24,000 nucleotides of DNA, from NCBI GenBank assembly GCA_964464755.1, contig CAYXGZ010000012.1, positions 43,755 through 67,754 of the forward strand, read 5' to 3'. The position numbers were made by a program, and so were the translations under genes. Origin of the DNA: an uncultured Planctomycetales bacterium (lineage in GTDB: Bacteria; Planctomycetota; MHYJ01; JACPRB01). This document shows, piece after piece, positions 7,457 to 15,599 of the stretch; within the stretch, counting starts at the first letter, position 1; each line of letters begins with the position of its first letter. Below the pieces are notes generated by a model. The model was not told the origin of the DNA, did not search any database, and was given only the letters and a program-made list of their open reading frames with translations.

Positions 7457-8808
7457 GCCTCGTGGCCCTCGACGCGGCTGCGGAGGCGGCCCTTCGCGAG
7501 GCGGGTGACGATCCGGTCGCCGGGTCTCACGGACGACGCGTCGCGGACGACGGTGCCGGACTCGTCCTGCGTGATCGAGTAGCCCCGGCCCAGGACCGCG
7601 AGCGGGCTGACGGCGTCGAGGTGGCCGGCGACGGACGCGCCCCGCTCCCGGGCCAGGCGGAGGCGGTGCTGGATCTCGGTGGACAGCCGGCGCTGGAGCG
7701 CGTCGAGCTCGCCGCGCCGGCGCGTGATCAATTCGCGGGGCGTCGGCACGCGGATCCCCTTGAGGCGCTCGCGGTGGGATTTCACGAGCGAGAGCAGGGC
7801 GGTCCCGAGGCGGTCGTCGAGGTCGTCGAGGCGCTGCCGGTGCTGGGCGACGAGCGCGGCGGGCTGCGCGAGGGCGGCGCTGTGGAGCCAGCGGTCGAGG
7901 GTGGAGCGCGCCAGCTCGGCCCGGGCCGCGAGGGCGCGGCGGAGCTGGCCCTTCATCTCGTCGAGGCGGGCGGCGAGTTCCACGGCCCGGGGCGCGACCC
8001 GCGTCGCGGCGTCCGTGGGCGTCAAGGCCCGCACGTCGGCCGCGAAGTCGGCGATCGTGGTGTCCGTCTCGTGCCCGACGGCGCTGATCGTGAGGATGCG
8101 GCTCGCGGCGAGCGCGCGGGCGACGACCTCCTCGTTGAAGGCCCAGAGGTCCTCGATGGAGCCGCCGCCGCGTCCGACGATCATCACGTCGATCTCGGGC
8201 CGCCGGGCGTTGAGGTCCCGGATGGCCGCGGCGATCTCGTCGGCCGCTCCCTCGCCCTGCACGCGGACGGGGTACACGTAGACCTCGAGCGACGGGCAGC
8301 GCGAGCGGATCGTCCTCAGCATGTCCTGCAGCGCGGCGCCGGAGGGCGACGTCACGATCGCGACCGAGGCCGGCAGCAGCGGGAGCGGCCGCTTGCGGGC
8401 GGGATCGAAGAGGCCCTCCGAGCGGAGCTTCTCCTTGAGCTGCTCGAAGCGCACCTGCAGGGCGCCCGCACCGAGGGGCTCGAGGGAGTCGACGATGAGC
8501 TGGTAGTTGCCGCGGGGGAGGTAGACGTCGATCTTCCCGCTCGCGAGCACCTGCATGCCGTTCTCGGGGCGGAACTTCAGGCGAGAGGCGGATCCGCGCC
8601 ACATCGCGCAGTTCAGGACGGCGCCCGCGTCCTTGAGCGAGAAGTACAGGTGCCCGGAATCGGTGGGCGGACGATAGTTGGAGATCTCGCCCTGCACCAG
8701 GACCGTGGGGAACTCGTCGGCGAGCGCGGACTTGATGCGGGTCGTGAGTTGGGTGACGGTCTCGGGCCGCCGGACGTCGAAGAGGGGGAGGTCGGCGGGC
8801 AGGCCCAT
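7453..8808 (-). CDS. xseA: Exodeoxyribonuclease VII large subunit
   Basis: Track ORF of 451 aa: VTQLTTRIKSALADEFPTVLVQGEISNYRPPTDSGHLYFSLKD (N-terminal OB fold), then IVTSPSGAALQDMLRTI...IVGRGGGSIEDLWAFNEE (catalytic core) and a C-terminal coiled coil. The size is typical of XseA. Confidence 0.92.
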   Translation of the reverse strand: MGLPADLPLFDVRRPETVTQLTTRIKSALADEFPTVLVQGEISNYRPPTDSGHLYFSLKDAGAVLNCAMWRGSASRLKFRPENGMQVLASGKIDVYLPRGNYQLIVDSLEPLGAGALQVRFEQLKEKLRSEGLFDPARKRPLPLLPASVAIVTSPSGAALQDMLRTIRSRCPSLEVYVYPVRVQGEGAADEIAAAIRDLNARRPEIDVMIVGRGGGSIEDLWAFNEEVVARALAASRILTISAVGHETDTTIADFAADVRALTPTDAATRVAPRAVELAARLDEMKGQLRRALAARAELARSTLDRWLHSAALAQPAALVAQHRQRLDDLDDRLGTALLSLVKSHRERLKGIRVPTPRELITRRRGELDALQRRLSTEIQHRLRLARERGASVAGHLDAVSPLAVLGRGYSITQDESGTVVRDASSVRPGDRIVTRLAKGRLRSRVEGHEA

Positions 8809-8846
8809 CGAAGGAGTCTACGGAAACCGCGTCCCGGGCGGCAAGG

Positions 8847-9659
8847 CTACTTCGCGGGCGAGGGGATGGGCGCGCCCTGGCGGAGCACGATGCGCTCGAT
8901 GGCGAGCGCGCGCCCGGTGTCGGTGTCGATCGTCGCGACGGCGCCCGAGATGCGCACGTCGCCGGTGGCGACCTCGAAGTAGGCCGGCAGCCCGGTGGTG
9001 AAGCGGTGCAGCACGCGGTCGACGCGGCGCCCGATGACGCCCTCGTGGGGCCCGGTCATGCCGACGTCGGTGATGTAGGCCGTCCCGCCGGGCATGACGC
9101 GCTCGTCGGCGGTCTGCACGTGGGTGTGGGTGCCGAACACGAAGCTCGCGCGGCCGTCCACGTGCCAGCCCATGCCGATCTTCTCGCTCGTCGCCTCGCA
9201 GTGCATGTCGACGATCACGACCTTGGTCTCGGCCTTGAACTTCTCGATCCAGGCGTCGGCGGCCCGGAAGGGGTTCTCGGCGGGCTGGTGCATGAACACG
9301 TTGCCCTGGAGGTGGATCACGCCGTACTTCTGGCCGCCCGCCTCCACGATCACGGCGCCGCGGCCCGGCTGGTCGGACAGGTAGTTCGCGGGCCGGAGGA
9401 TGGCCGGCACCTTGTCGATGTACGGGATGATCTCCTTCTTGTTCCAGACGTGGTCGCCGCAGGTGATGACGTCCACGCCGGCCTTGAAGAGGTCGTCCGC
9501 GTCCTCGGGCGTGATGCCCGCGCCCTGCGCGACGTTCTCGCCGTTCGCCACGACGAAGTGGATGCCCGCCTCCTTGCGGTAGGGGGCCAGCCGCTCCCGG
9601 ACGATGGCCTTGCCGGGCTTGCCGACGATGTCGCCGATGGCGAGGACGCGGACCTGCAT
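8847..9659 (-). CDS. ymdB: YmdB-family metallophosphoesterase (2',3'-cyclic-nucleotide 2'-phosphodiesterase-like)
   Basis: This is the C-terminal 270 codons of track ORF 8847..11222, with the start at ATG 9659: MQVRVLAIGDIVGKPGKAIVRERL...VVANGENVAQGAGITPED...VITCGDHVWNKKEI...ILRPANY. It is collinear with B. subtilis YmdB (MRILFIGDVVGSPG...INGENAAHGKG...TMGNHTWDKKE...VRPANF). It starts 2 nt after the rny stop, which is the conserved rny-ymdB pairing. Confidence 0.9.
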   Translation of the reverse strand: MQVRVLAIGDIVGKPGKAIVRERLAPYRKEAGIHFVVANGENVAQGAGITPEDADDLFKAGVDVITCGDHVWNKKEIIPYIDKVPAILRPANYLSDQPGRGAVIVEAGGQKYGVIHLQGNVFMHQPAENPFRAADAWIEKFKAETKVVIVDMHCEATSEKIGMGWHVDGRASFVFGTHTHVQTADERVMPGGTAYITDVGMTGPHEGVIGRRVDRVLHRFTTGLPAYFEVATGDVRISGAVATIDTDTGRALAIERIVLRQGAPIPSPAK

Positions 9660-9661
9660 GG

Positions 9662-11203
9662 CTACCTCGCGTACTCCACGACCCGGGTCTCCCGCAGGAC
9701 CGTGACCTTGATCTCGCCCGGGTACGTCATCTGCTGCTCGATCGTCTTGGCGATGTCGCGCGCGACGAGGAGCGCCTGGTCGTCCTTGATGCGGTCGCTG
9801 TCGACGAGCACGCGGATCTCGCGGCCCGCCTGGATGGCGAACGCGCCCGTGACGCCGGCGATCGACTTCGCGATGCCCTCGAGCTGCTCCAGCCGCTTGA
9901 CGTAGCGCTCCAGGTTCTCCGAGCGGGCGCCGGGGCGGGAGGCGCTGATCGCGTCCGCGGCCGCCGCGAGCACCGTGTAGGGGAACTTCGCGTCCGCGTC
10001 GTTGTGGTGGTTCGCGGCCGCGTCGATGACCTCCTTGGCCTCGTCGAAGCGCTTGAGCAGCTCGCCGCCGATCACCGGGTGCGAGCCCTCGAACTCCTGG
10101 TCGACGGCCTTGCCGATGTCGTGGAAGAGGCCGCAGCGGCGGGCCAGCTTGACGTCCATCTTCAGCTCGGCGGCCATCGCGGCGGTCAGGTGGGCCACCT
10201 CGCGGACGTGCTGGAGCACGTTCTGGCCGTAGCTCGTGCGGTACTTGAGCCGGCCGAGCAGCGTGATCAGCTTCGGGTGCACGTTCTGGATGTCCATCTC
10301 GTAGACGAACTGCTTGCCCGTCTCGAGGATGTGCTGCTCCATCTCGCGCTTCTGCTGCTCGACGATCTCCTCGATGCGCGTCGGGTGGATGCGGCCGTCC
10401 ACGAGGAGCTTCTCCATCGAGCGGCGCGCCATCTCGCGGCGCACGCCGTCGAAGGCCGAGAGGATGATGACGCCCGGGGTGTCGTCGACGACCACGTCGA
10501 CGCCCGTCGCCCGCTCGAAGGCGCGGATGTTGCGGCCCTCGCGGCCGATGATGCGGCCCTTCATCTCCTCGCCCGGCAGGTCGAGCGTGGTCACCACGCT
10601 GTCCGCGGTGTGGGAGGCGGCGAAGCGCTGGATGGCGAGGCCGATGATGCGCTTGGCCTCGGACTCCGCGTTCTCCTTGGCCCAGTCGACGCGCTTGCGG
10701 ACGAGCTCCGCCTTCTCGCGCTCGACCTCGGGCTCCAGCTTCTCGATGAGGAGCTTGATCGCGTCGTCCTTCGTCATGCCCGCGATCTGGTGGAGGGTCT
10801 CCTTCTCCTTGTCGATGATCTTGGAGATCTCCTTGTCCTTCTCCTGGAGGTCCTTCTCCTTGCGCTCGATCTCCTTGGTCTTGCCGTCGATCCAGCGCTC
10901 CTTGCCGGCGACGGACTCGCCGCGCTTCTCGATCGTGTCCTCCTTCTTCAGGAGGCGGTTCTCGAAGTCCTTGAGCTCGCGGCGCTCCTCGCGGATGGCC
11001 TTGTCGACCTCCTCCTTGGCCTTGACGGCGTCGGCCTTGGCGTCGACGACGACCTTCTCGCCCTTGATGCGGGCCTCGGCGAGGATCTCGTCGGCCTTGC
11101 GGAAGGTGGCCTTGTTGACTCGGCTGAACCAGGCGTAGCAGAAGGCGAAACCGGCGGCGAGCGCGACCGCTCCGACGATCGTGGCGAGCAGGGCGGGGGG
11201 CAT
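9662..11203 (-). CDS. rny: Ribonuclease Y
   Basis: Track ORF of 513 aa with an N-terminal TM helix (ALLATIVGAVALAAGFAFCYAWF) and a long Lys/Glu coiled coil. It also has a KH domain (GRIIGREGRNIRAFERATGVDVVVDD) and an HD domain (LFHDIGKAVD...ANHHND). Confidence 0.93.
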   Translation of the reverse strand: MPPALLATIVGAVALAAGFAFCYAWFSRVNKATFRKADEILAEARIKGEKVVVDAKADAVKAKEEVDKAIREERRELKDFENRLLKKEDTIEKRGESVAGKERWIDGKTKEIERKEKDLQEKDKEISKIIDKEKETLHQIAGMTKDDAIKLLIEKLEPEVEREKAELVRKRVDWAKENAESEAKRIIGLAIQRFAASHTADSVVTTLDLPGEEMKGRIIGREGRNIRAFERATGVDVVVDDTPGVIILSAFDGVRREMARRSMEKLLVDGRIHPTRIEEIVEQQKREMEQHILETGKQFVYEMDIQNVHPKLITLLGRLKYRTSYGQNVLQHVREVAHLTAAMAAELKMDVKLARRCGLFHDIGKAVDQEFEGSHPVIGGELLKRFDEAKEVIDAAANHHNDADAKFPYTVLAAAADAISASRPGARSENLERYVKRLEQLEGIAKSIAGVTGAFAIQAGREIRVLVDSDRIKDDQALLVARDIAKTIEQQMTYPGEIKVTVLRETRVVEYAR

Positions 11204-11211
11204 GCGACTCT

Positions 11212-11238
11212 CCCGTATCCAATGGGTTCCGATACGGG
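11212..11238 (-). promoter_or_regulatory. Stem-loop in the rny leader that overlaps the Shine-Dalgarno sequence
   Basis: The minus strand reads CCCGTATC-GGAACCCATTG-GATACGGG-AGAGTCGC-ATG. This is an 8-bp perfect stem with an 11-nt loop. The last GGG of the 3' arm is the start of the only SD-like element (GGGAGAG) ahead of the rny ATG at 11203. Confidence 0.35.
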
Positions 11239-11516
11239 CGCCGGACGGTGCAGGGAAGGCGGCGGCCGGGGTTCCCCCCGGATCGGCCTGCCTCCGCGGA
11301 CGACGCTGGACTCGACTACGGGAATCCCGCGCCGGAGAACGGCGCGGGCTTAAGCTCGGATTTAGGAGCGTCGGGTCGCACCGGACGAACGCCCATCTAT
11401 AGTTAATCCGCCGCGGTTCGGAACATTCTGCGGCGGAGGACTGCGCAAAAAGTACGCGATTCCCGGGTTCGAGTCAAGCCGAACCGGCGGCCCGGACGCA
11501 TTCCTGCACCATTTGC

Positions 11517-11545
11517 TTGACCCCCCCCGTCCCATGGGATAAGGT
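11517..11545 (+). promoter_or_regulatory. Candidate promoter of the FHA/pilMNO-like cluster: TTGACC-17 nt-TAAGGT, with a C8 tract spanning the -35 end and spacer
   Basis: TTGACC at 11517-11522, a 17-nt spacer, then TAAGGT at 11540-11545, which keeps T1, A2 and T6 of TATAAT. It lies 117 nt upstream of ATG 11662. The homopolymer CCCCCCCC is at 11521-11528. Assigned by hexamer inspection only. Confidence 0.3.
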
Positions 11546-11661
11546 TCGTCGGTTCATGGAGCGGGATCGGCAGACACGGCGGGGGGATGGTGTCTACCGT
11601 GACCGGATCGTCGTCGGCCTCGAGTCCCGCCCGATTCCAATCCCCGTTTCGCCCCTCTTCC

Positions 11662-13788
11662 ATGCCTAAACTGATCGTGCAGTTCCAGGGCCAGGAGTGG
11701 ACGGTCGAGCTCCGGGAGGGCTCCAACATCGTCGGCCGCTCCGCGAAGGCCGAGGTCCCCGTCCGCGACCCCAGCATGTCCCGCGAGCACGCCGAGGTGC
11801 GCCGCGAGGGCGACACCTGCACGATCGTCGACAAGGGGAGCATGAACGGCACGCTCCTCAACGGCACCAAGGTCGCCGAGCAGAAGCTCGTTCCCGGCGA
11901 CAAGCTCCAGATCGGCAACGCGGTCTTCTGGTTCGAGGAGAAGAAGGGCGACGCCGCTCCGCCCCCCGCGGTCCCCATGGCGACGCCGGACCCCGGCGCC
12001 CCGACCCGCATCCCCGCGCCCGCCGTCGAGGTGCCCAGGGCCCAGCCCTCGCCCTCCACCAAGCGCTCCGAGCCCAAGGCCTCGGCCCTCGTGAAGGACT
12101 TCGCCCAGTTCGGCAAGGACGGGGGCGGCCTCAACCCGGCGGTCCTCGCCGCCATCGTGGTCGTCGTCCTCGGCACCGCCGGCTGGTTCGGCTTCCGCGC
12201 CCTCTCCAAGGGTCCGGAGGGCGACGTCGACAAGGACAACCTCGTCGGCTACAACGGGTCCTTCGAGCTCGCCTCCGACAAGGGCGTGATCGGCTGGACG
12301 CTCCGCACGCCCGGCGCCTCGAAGCTCTCCACGATCGACAACGTCGCCAAGGACGGCGCCCGCTCGATGGGCCTCGAGAAGGCCGGCGGGCCCAGCGACC
12401 TCGTCGTCGAGATCGCCTCGAACGACGCCTTCGAGCTCCAGAAGAGCTCCCAGGTCGAGATCGGCGCGTGGGTCAAGGCCGAGTCGTACACCGGCCTCGT
12501 CGCCCTCCGCATCACCTGGCTGAGCAAGGTCGGCGGCGCGGTCATCCTCGAGGAGATCTCCGAGCCCTCGCCGCGCGGCGCGGAGTGGCAGTCCGTGCAG
12601 AAAACCTTCGCCGCGCCCGCGGGCGCCGGGGCCTTCGTCCCGGGCTTCCTCGCGGTCGGCCGCGGCGGCCGGATCTACATCGACGACGTGAAGGTGAAGC
12701 GGCGCGAGGGGGCCCCCTCGGACCGCTCCCTCGACCTCGGCAGCTTCCAGGTCTCGGCGGCCTCGACGGGCTCGTTCAACGTCCAGCAAGGGGGAAAGCG
12801 CGTGCTCTCGGGCGCGCAGGTCTGCCTCTGGAGCGAGAAGGACGGGGCGCTCTCGCAGGCCGTCGCGGCCGAATCGCGCTGCGACGTGGACGCCGCGAAG
12901 AAGACGCTCACGGCCGGCGGCAAGCTCTTCAGCCCCGTGGACCTCCGCACGGTCGACTTCGAGCAGGAGGTCAAGGGCTCGACCTCGCTGCTCGTCGGCT
13001 ACACGGTGAAGGGCGACATCCTCAAGCAGGTCGACCGCGTCGGGCTCCAGGTCTTCGTGCCGCGCGGCGAGATCGTCGGCGACGTGTCTCGGCCCGTCTC
13101 GAGGGCGACCCTGCGCGGCGAGGCGGGCGACTTCACCGTCGAGGTGGTGTCCGGCCAGCTCGCGACGGTGAGCGTCGAGTCGCTGCCCGGCGGCCGCCGC
13201 ATCCTCTTCGGGATCCCGGTCGAGCGCGGAGCCTCCGAGGTCGTGGCCGCGTTCGAGGTGAAGGCGGGCGTCTCGACCTCCGCCGACCCGAAGGTGAACG
13301 CGCAGAAGTCCGAGCAGGAGGGCCGGATGGCCGACGCGCGCCAGTGGTGGCGCCAGCTCGTCGACACGACCAAGGAACCCGAGAAGCAGGAGCAGTTCCG
13401 GCTCGAAACGCGTCGCCTCGACCAGCTCGAGACCACCGAGTGGAACGGCGTGCTCTCGGCGGGCTTCCGGGCCGGGCTGATGCGGCACCGGGCCCTCTTC
13501 GAGAAGGCGCTGCAGCTGCTCGATTCGCACGAGAAGCGCTGGCCCGGCGGACGCTACGCCGCGGCCGCGAAGTCGGAGCGGGAGCGCCTGTCGCAGGCCG
13601 TCGGCGGCGCCGCGGCCGACCGCGACTCCGAGCGCGCCCGCCGGCTCCTCCAGGAGGCGCGCGACTGCCTCGACACGGGGCGCAAGACCCTGGCCCGCGA
13701 GATCCTCCGGACGATCCGCGAGGTCTACCCGGCGTCCGACGCCGCGGGGCCCGCGGCGGAACTCCTCAAGCAGGTCAAGGCGGACTAA
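11662..13788 (+). CDS. FHA-domain / single-pass TM / CBM4_9-like beta-sandwich / C-terminal helical-repeat protein (708 aa)
   Basis: Track ORF 11587..13788. I prefer the start at ATG 11662 (MPKLIVQFQGQEWTVELREGSNIVGRS...SMSREHAEV...GSMNGTLLNG, the canonical FHA GR/SxxH/NG motifs). The 25 upstream codons have poor GC3, so 11587 remains possible. A Pro-rich linker follows, then a TM helix at 12130-12204. At 12235-12705 the sequence reads NLVGYNGSFE..GVIGWT...SQVEIGAWVKAES...WQSVQKTFAAP...GRIYIDDVKVKR, the pattern of CBM4_9-type jelly rolls. The C-terminus is helical and TPR-like. Confidence 0.8.
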   Translation: MPKLIVQFQGQEWTVELREGSNIVGRSAKAEVPVRDPSMSREHAEVRREGDTCTIVDKGSMNGTLLNGTKVAEQKLVPGDKLQIGNAVFWFEEKKGDAAPPPAVPMATPDPGAPTRIPAPAVEVPRAQPSPSTKRSEPKASALVKDFAQFGKDGGGLNPAVLAAIVVVVLGTAGWFGFRALSKGPEGDVDKDNLVGYNGSFELASDKGVIGWTLRTPGASKLSTIDNVAKDGARSMGLEKAGGPSDLVVEIASNDAFELQKSSQVEIGAWVKAESYTGLVALRITWLSKVGGAVILEEISEPSPRGAEWQSVQKTFAAPAGAGAFVPGFLAVGRGGRIYIDDVKVKRREGAPSDRSLDLGSFQVSAASTGSFNVQQGGKRVLSGAQVCLWSEKDGALSQAVAAESRCDVDAAKKTLTAGGKLFSPVDLRTVDFEQEVKGSTSLLVGYTVKGDILKQVDRVGLQVFVPRGEIVGDVSRPVSRATLRGEAGDFTVEVVSGQLATVSVESLPGGRRILFGIPVERGASEVVAAFEVKAGVSTSADPKVNAQKSEQEGRMADARQWWRQLVDTTKEPEKQEQFRLETRRLDQLETTEWNGVLSAGFRAGLMRHRALFEKALQLLDSHEKRWPGGRYAAAAKSERERLSQAVGGAAADRDSERARRLLQEARDCLDTGRKTLAREILRTIREVYPASDAAGPAAELLKQVKAD

Positions 13789-15593
13789 TGGGCTACGGGA
13801 TCGACATCGGCGCGGCCAACCTGAAGATCGTCCAGGTGCGCCGGACCCTCAACGGGTTCCGGATCGTCGGCGCGTCCCGCAAGCGGCTGCCCCGGGTCGA
13901 GAAGCCCGAGGAGACCAAGCAGAACGCGATCCGCGGCGTCCGCGAGGCGCTCGGGCTCCGCGAGGGCCAGGTCGCCGTCGTCGGCCTCAGCGGCCGCGAC
14001 ATCAACCTGAAGACCGTCCAGCAGGCCCAGATGAAGCCGATCCAGTACCGGACGATGATGGGCTACGAGGTGGACCAGGCGCGCGGCTCGGACAACCAGC
14101 TCTACGGCGACTTCTGCACGCTGCGCGAGCCCGACCCGTACTACCCGAACTACCTCGCGATGGTCGGCCTCGCGAAGGTCGCCTACGTGGACGACCGCCT
14201 CGCCATCGCGCAGTCCGCGGGCCTCGACGTCCGCGACGCCGTCCCCACGCCCTTCGCCATCTACACCGCGTACCACAACGCGTACGGCGACGAGAACGGG
14301 ACCGTGATGCTCCTCGACATCGGCGCCGAGACGACGGACCTCGTGCTCGTCCGCGGCGGCCGCCTCATCTTCTGCCGCAACGTCTCGACCGGCGCCCGCG
14401 TCTTCGACCAGAACATCTCCTCGATGGCGGGCCTGTCGTCCGACGACGCGGAGGCCCGGAAGATCCAGTACGGGACGCTCGGCGCGCCCGCGGAGGGCGC
14501 CGATCCGCGCGAGGAGGAGATCCGTCCCGCGATCCGGACCTCGGCGGGCCAGCTCGCCGGCGTCATCACGTCGAGCATCACGTTCGCCAAGGGGCAGCTC
14601 AACGACCGCGAGCTGACCGTGGACAAGATCTACGTGTCCGGCGGCGGCGCCCGCCTCAAGGGCCTGCCCGAGTACCTCCAGAGCTCGACGAAGATCGCCG
14701 TGGAGGTCCTCGACCCGTTCAAGAACTGCGAGTGGGGCTCCATCGGCGACAACCCGGACGCCAAGCAGCTGCCCAGCGACCTCGTGGCGGCGCTCGGCCT
14801 CGCGCAGATCTCGACGCAGTCCCGGGGCGGCTCGATCCTCTCGATCATCCCGGACCGCCTGAAGGTCCGCCGGAACTTCTTCCGCAGCGCGGTCTTCCTG
14901 ATCGCCGCGGGGGTCGTGCTGGCCGTGGGCGTCGCGGCGGCGACCGGCGTCGCCATCATGCGGCGCTCGGCGGCGGCGGCGGAGCTGGCGAAGTTCCAGG
15001 AGGAGACGAAGGCCGTCAGCGACCGGATCACGCAGCTCGACAAGCTCGAGGAGGAGCTGCGGGTCCTGATCGCCAAGCGGCGGCTGCTCGACAGCCACGT
15101 CGCGCCGGGCCGGGGCCTGCTGGAGACCGTGCTCAAGCTGCGCAAGACGCTTCCGGACGGGATCCACGTCCGGACGGTCGAGCTGGTCAACCTCGCGGAG
15201 GATCGCGCGGCGACGCCGGGCGGACCGCGGCGGCTCGTCTTCAGCTACCCGAACCGGGGCATCCTCGAGGGGACGGTGCCCCGGGGGAAGACAGAGTCGC
15301 CGAACGACCCCGACGTGCGCGTGCACCTGAGCGACGCGGCGGGCCACTCGGAGCCCGAGGTCTTCAGCAAGGGCGCGATGATCGGCGCGATCCCGGTGGA
15401 CGCGCCCTGGCTGGGCGTCCTGGTCAAGGGCGAGATCGACGACAACATCAAGGGCGGGCCGGGGACCGTGCTCGACGACCTGCGCCTGAACTTCACCGAT
15501 CCCCTGCGCGGCGTGTCCGCGGAGATCTTCCAGGAGGGCCCGGGCAACCGGCCCGGCTGGCAGACCTTCCGCATGGTGCTGCGGGGGGAATGA
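13788..15593 (+). CDS. PilM-PilN fusion protein (GspL-like architecture): actin-like ATPase-fold domain, linker, TM helix, coiled coil, periplasmic domain (601 aa)
   Basis: This is the C-terminal part of track ORF 11697..15593. The start ATG at 13788 overlaps the preceding TAA (TAATG). The N-terminus MGYGIDIGAANLKIVQVRR...VVGLSGRDINLK...LLDIGAETTDLVLV...IYVSGGGARLKGLPEYL is PilM-like. It is followed by ILSIIPDRLKVRRNFF (like the PilN INLLP...RR peptide) and a TM helix at 14877-14960. Then comes a coiled coil (AELAKFQEETKAVSDRITQLDKLEEELRVL) and about 190 further residues. Confidence 0.8.
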   Translation: MGYGIDIGAANLKIVQVRRTLNGFRIVGASRKRLPRVEKPEETKQNAIRGVREALGLREGQVAVVGLSGRDINLKTVQQAQMKPIQYRTMMGYEVDQARGSDNQLYGDFCTLREPDPYYPNYLAMVGLAKVAYVDDRLAIAQSAGLDVRDAVPTPFAIYTAYHNAYGDENGTVMLLDIGAETTDLVLVRGGRLIFCRNVSTGARVFDQNISSMAGLSSDDAEARKIQYGTLGAPAEGADPREEEIRPAIRTSAGQLAGVITSSITFAKGQLNDRELTVDKIYVSGGGARLKGLPEYLQSSTKIAVEVLDPFKNCEWGSIGDNPDAKQLPSDLVAALGLAQISTQSRGGSILSIIPDRLKVRRNFFRSAVFLIAAGVVLAVGVAAATGVAIMRRSAAAAELAKFQEETKAVSDRITQLDKLEEELRVLIAKRRLLDSHVAPGRGLLETVLKLRKTLPDGIHVRTVELVNLAEDRAATPGGPRRLVFSYPNRGILEGTVPRGKTESPNDPDVRVHLSDAAGHSEPEVFSKGAMIGAIPVDAPWLGVLVKGEIDDNIKGGPGTVLDDLRLNFTDPLRGVSAEIFQEGPGNRPGWQTFRMVLRGE

Positions 15594-15599
15594 GGAGCC

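Noticed and set aside
7457-8602. N-terminal ~380 aa extension of track ORF 6419..8602
   Set aside because: It overlaps xseA out of frame and is Arg/Pro-rich. The family-typical N-terminus (IDWLRGLAV) begins at the ATG at 7456, which overlaps the xseA stop.
9660-11222. N-terminal extension of track ORF 8847..11222 across rny
   Set aside because: This is an out-of-frame overlap with rny. The YmdB homology begins exactly at MQVRVLAIGD (ATG 9659).
11253-11296. GGAA-tetraloop helix considered as SRP (4.5S) RNA domain IV
   Set aside because: The stem is perfectly Watson-Crick and lacks the conserved asymmetric and symmetric internal loops (A/GGA...AGCA context) of SRP RNA helix 8.
11465-11475. 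GGGTTCGAGTC, resembling a tRNA T-loop, in the intergenic region
   Set aside because: The flanking sequence cannot be folded into an acceptor, D or anticodon arm. It instead forms a simple bulged hairpin (CCGG-G-TTCG...CGAA-CCGG, 11463-11487).
11697-13787. N-terminal ~700 aa of track ORF 11697..15593
   Set aside because: This is an out-of-frame overlap of the FHA-protein gene with Arg/Gly/Pro-rich content. PilM-like sequence starts at ATG 13788.
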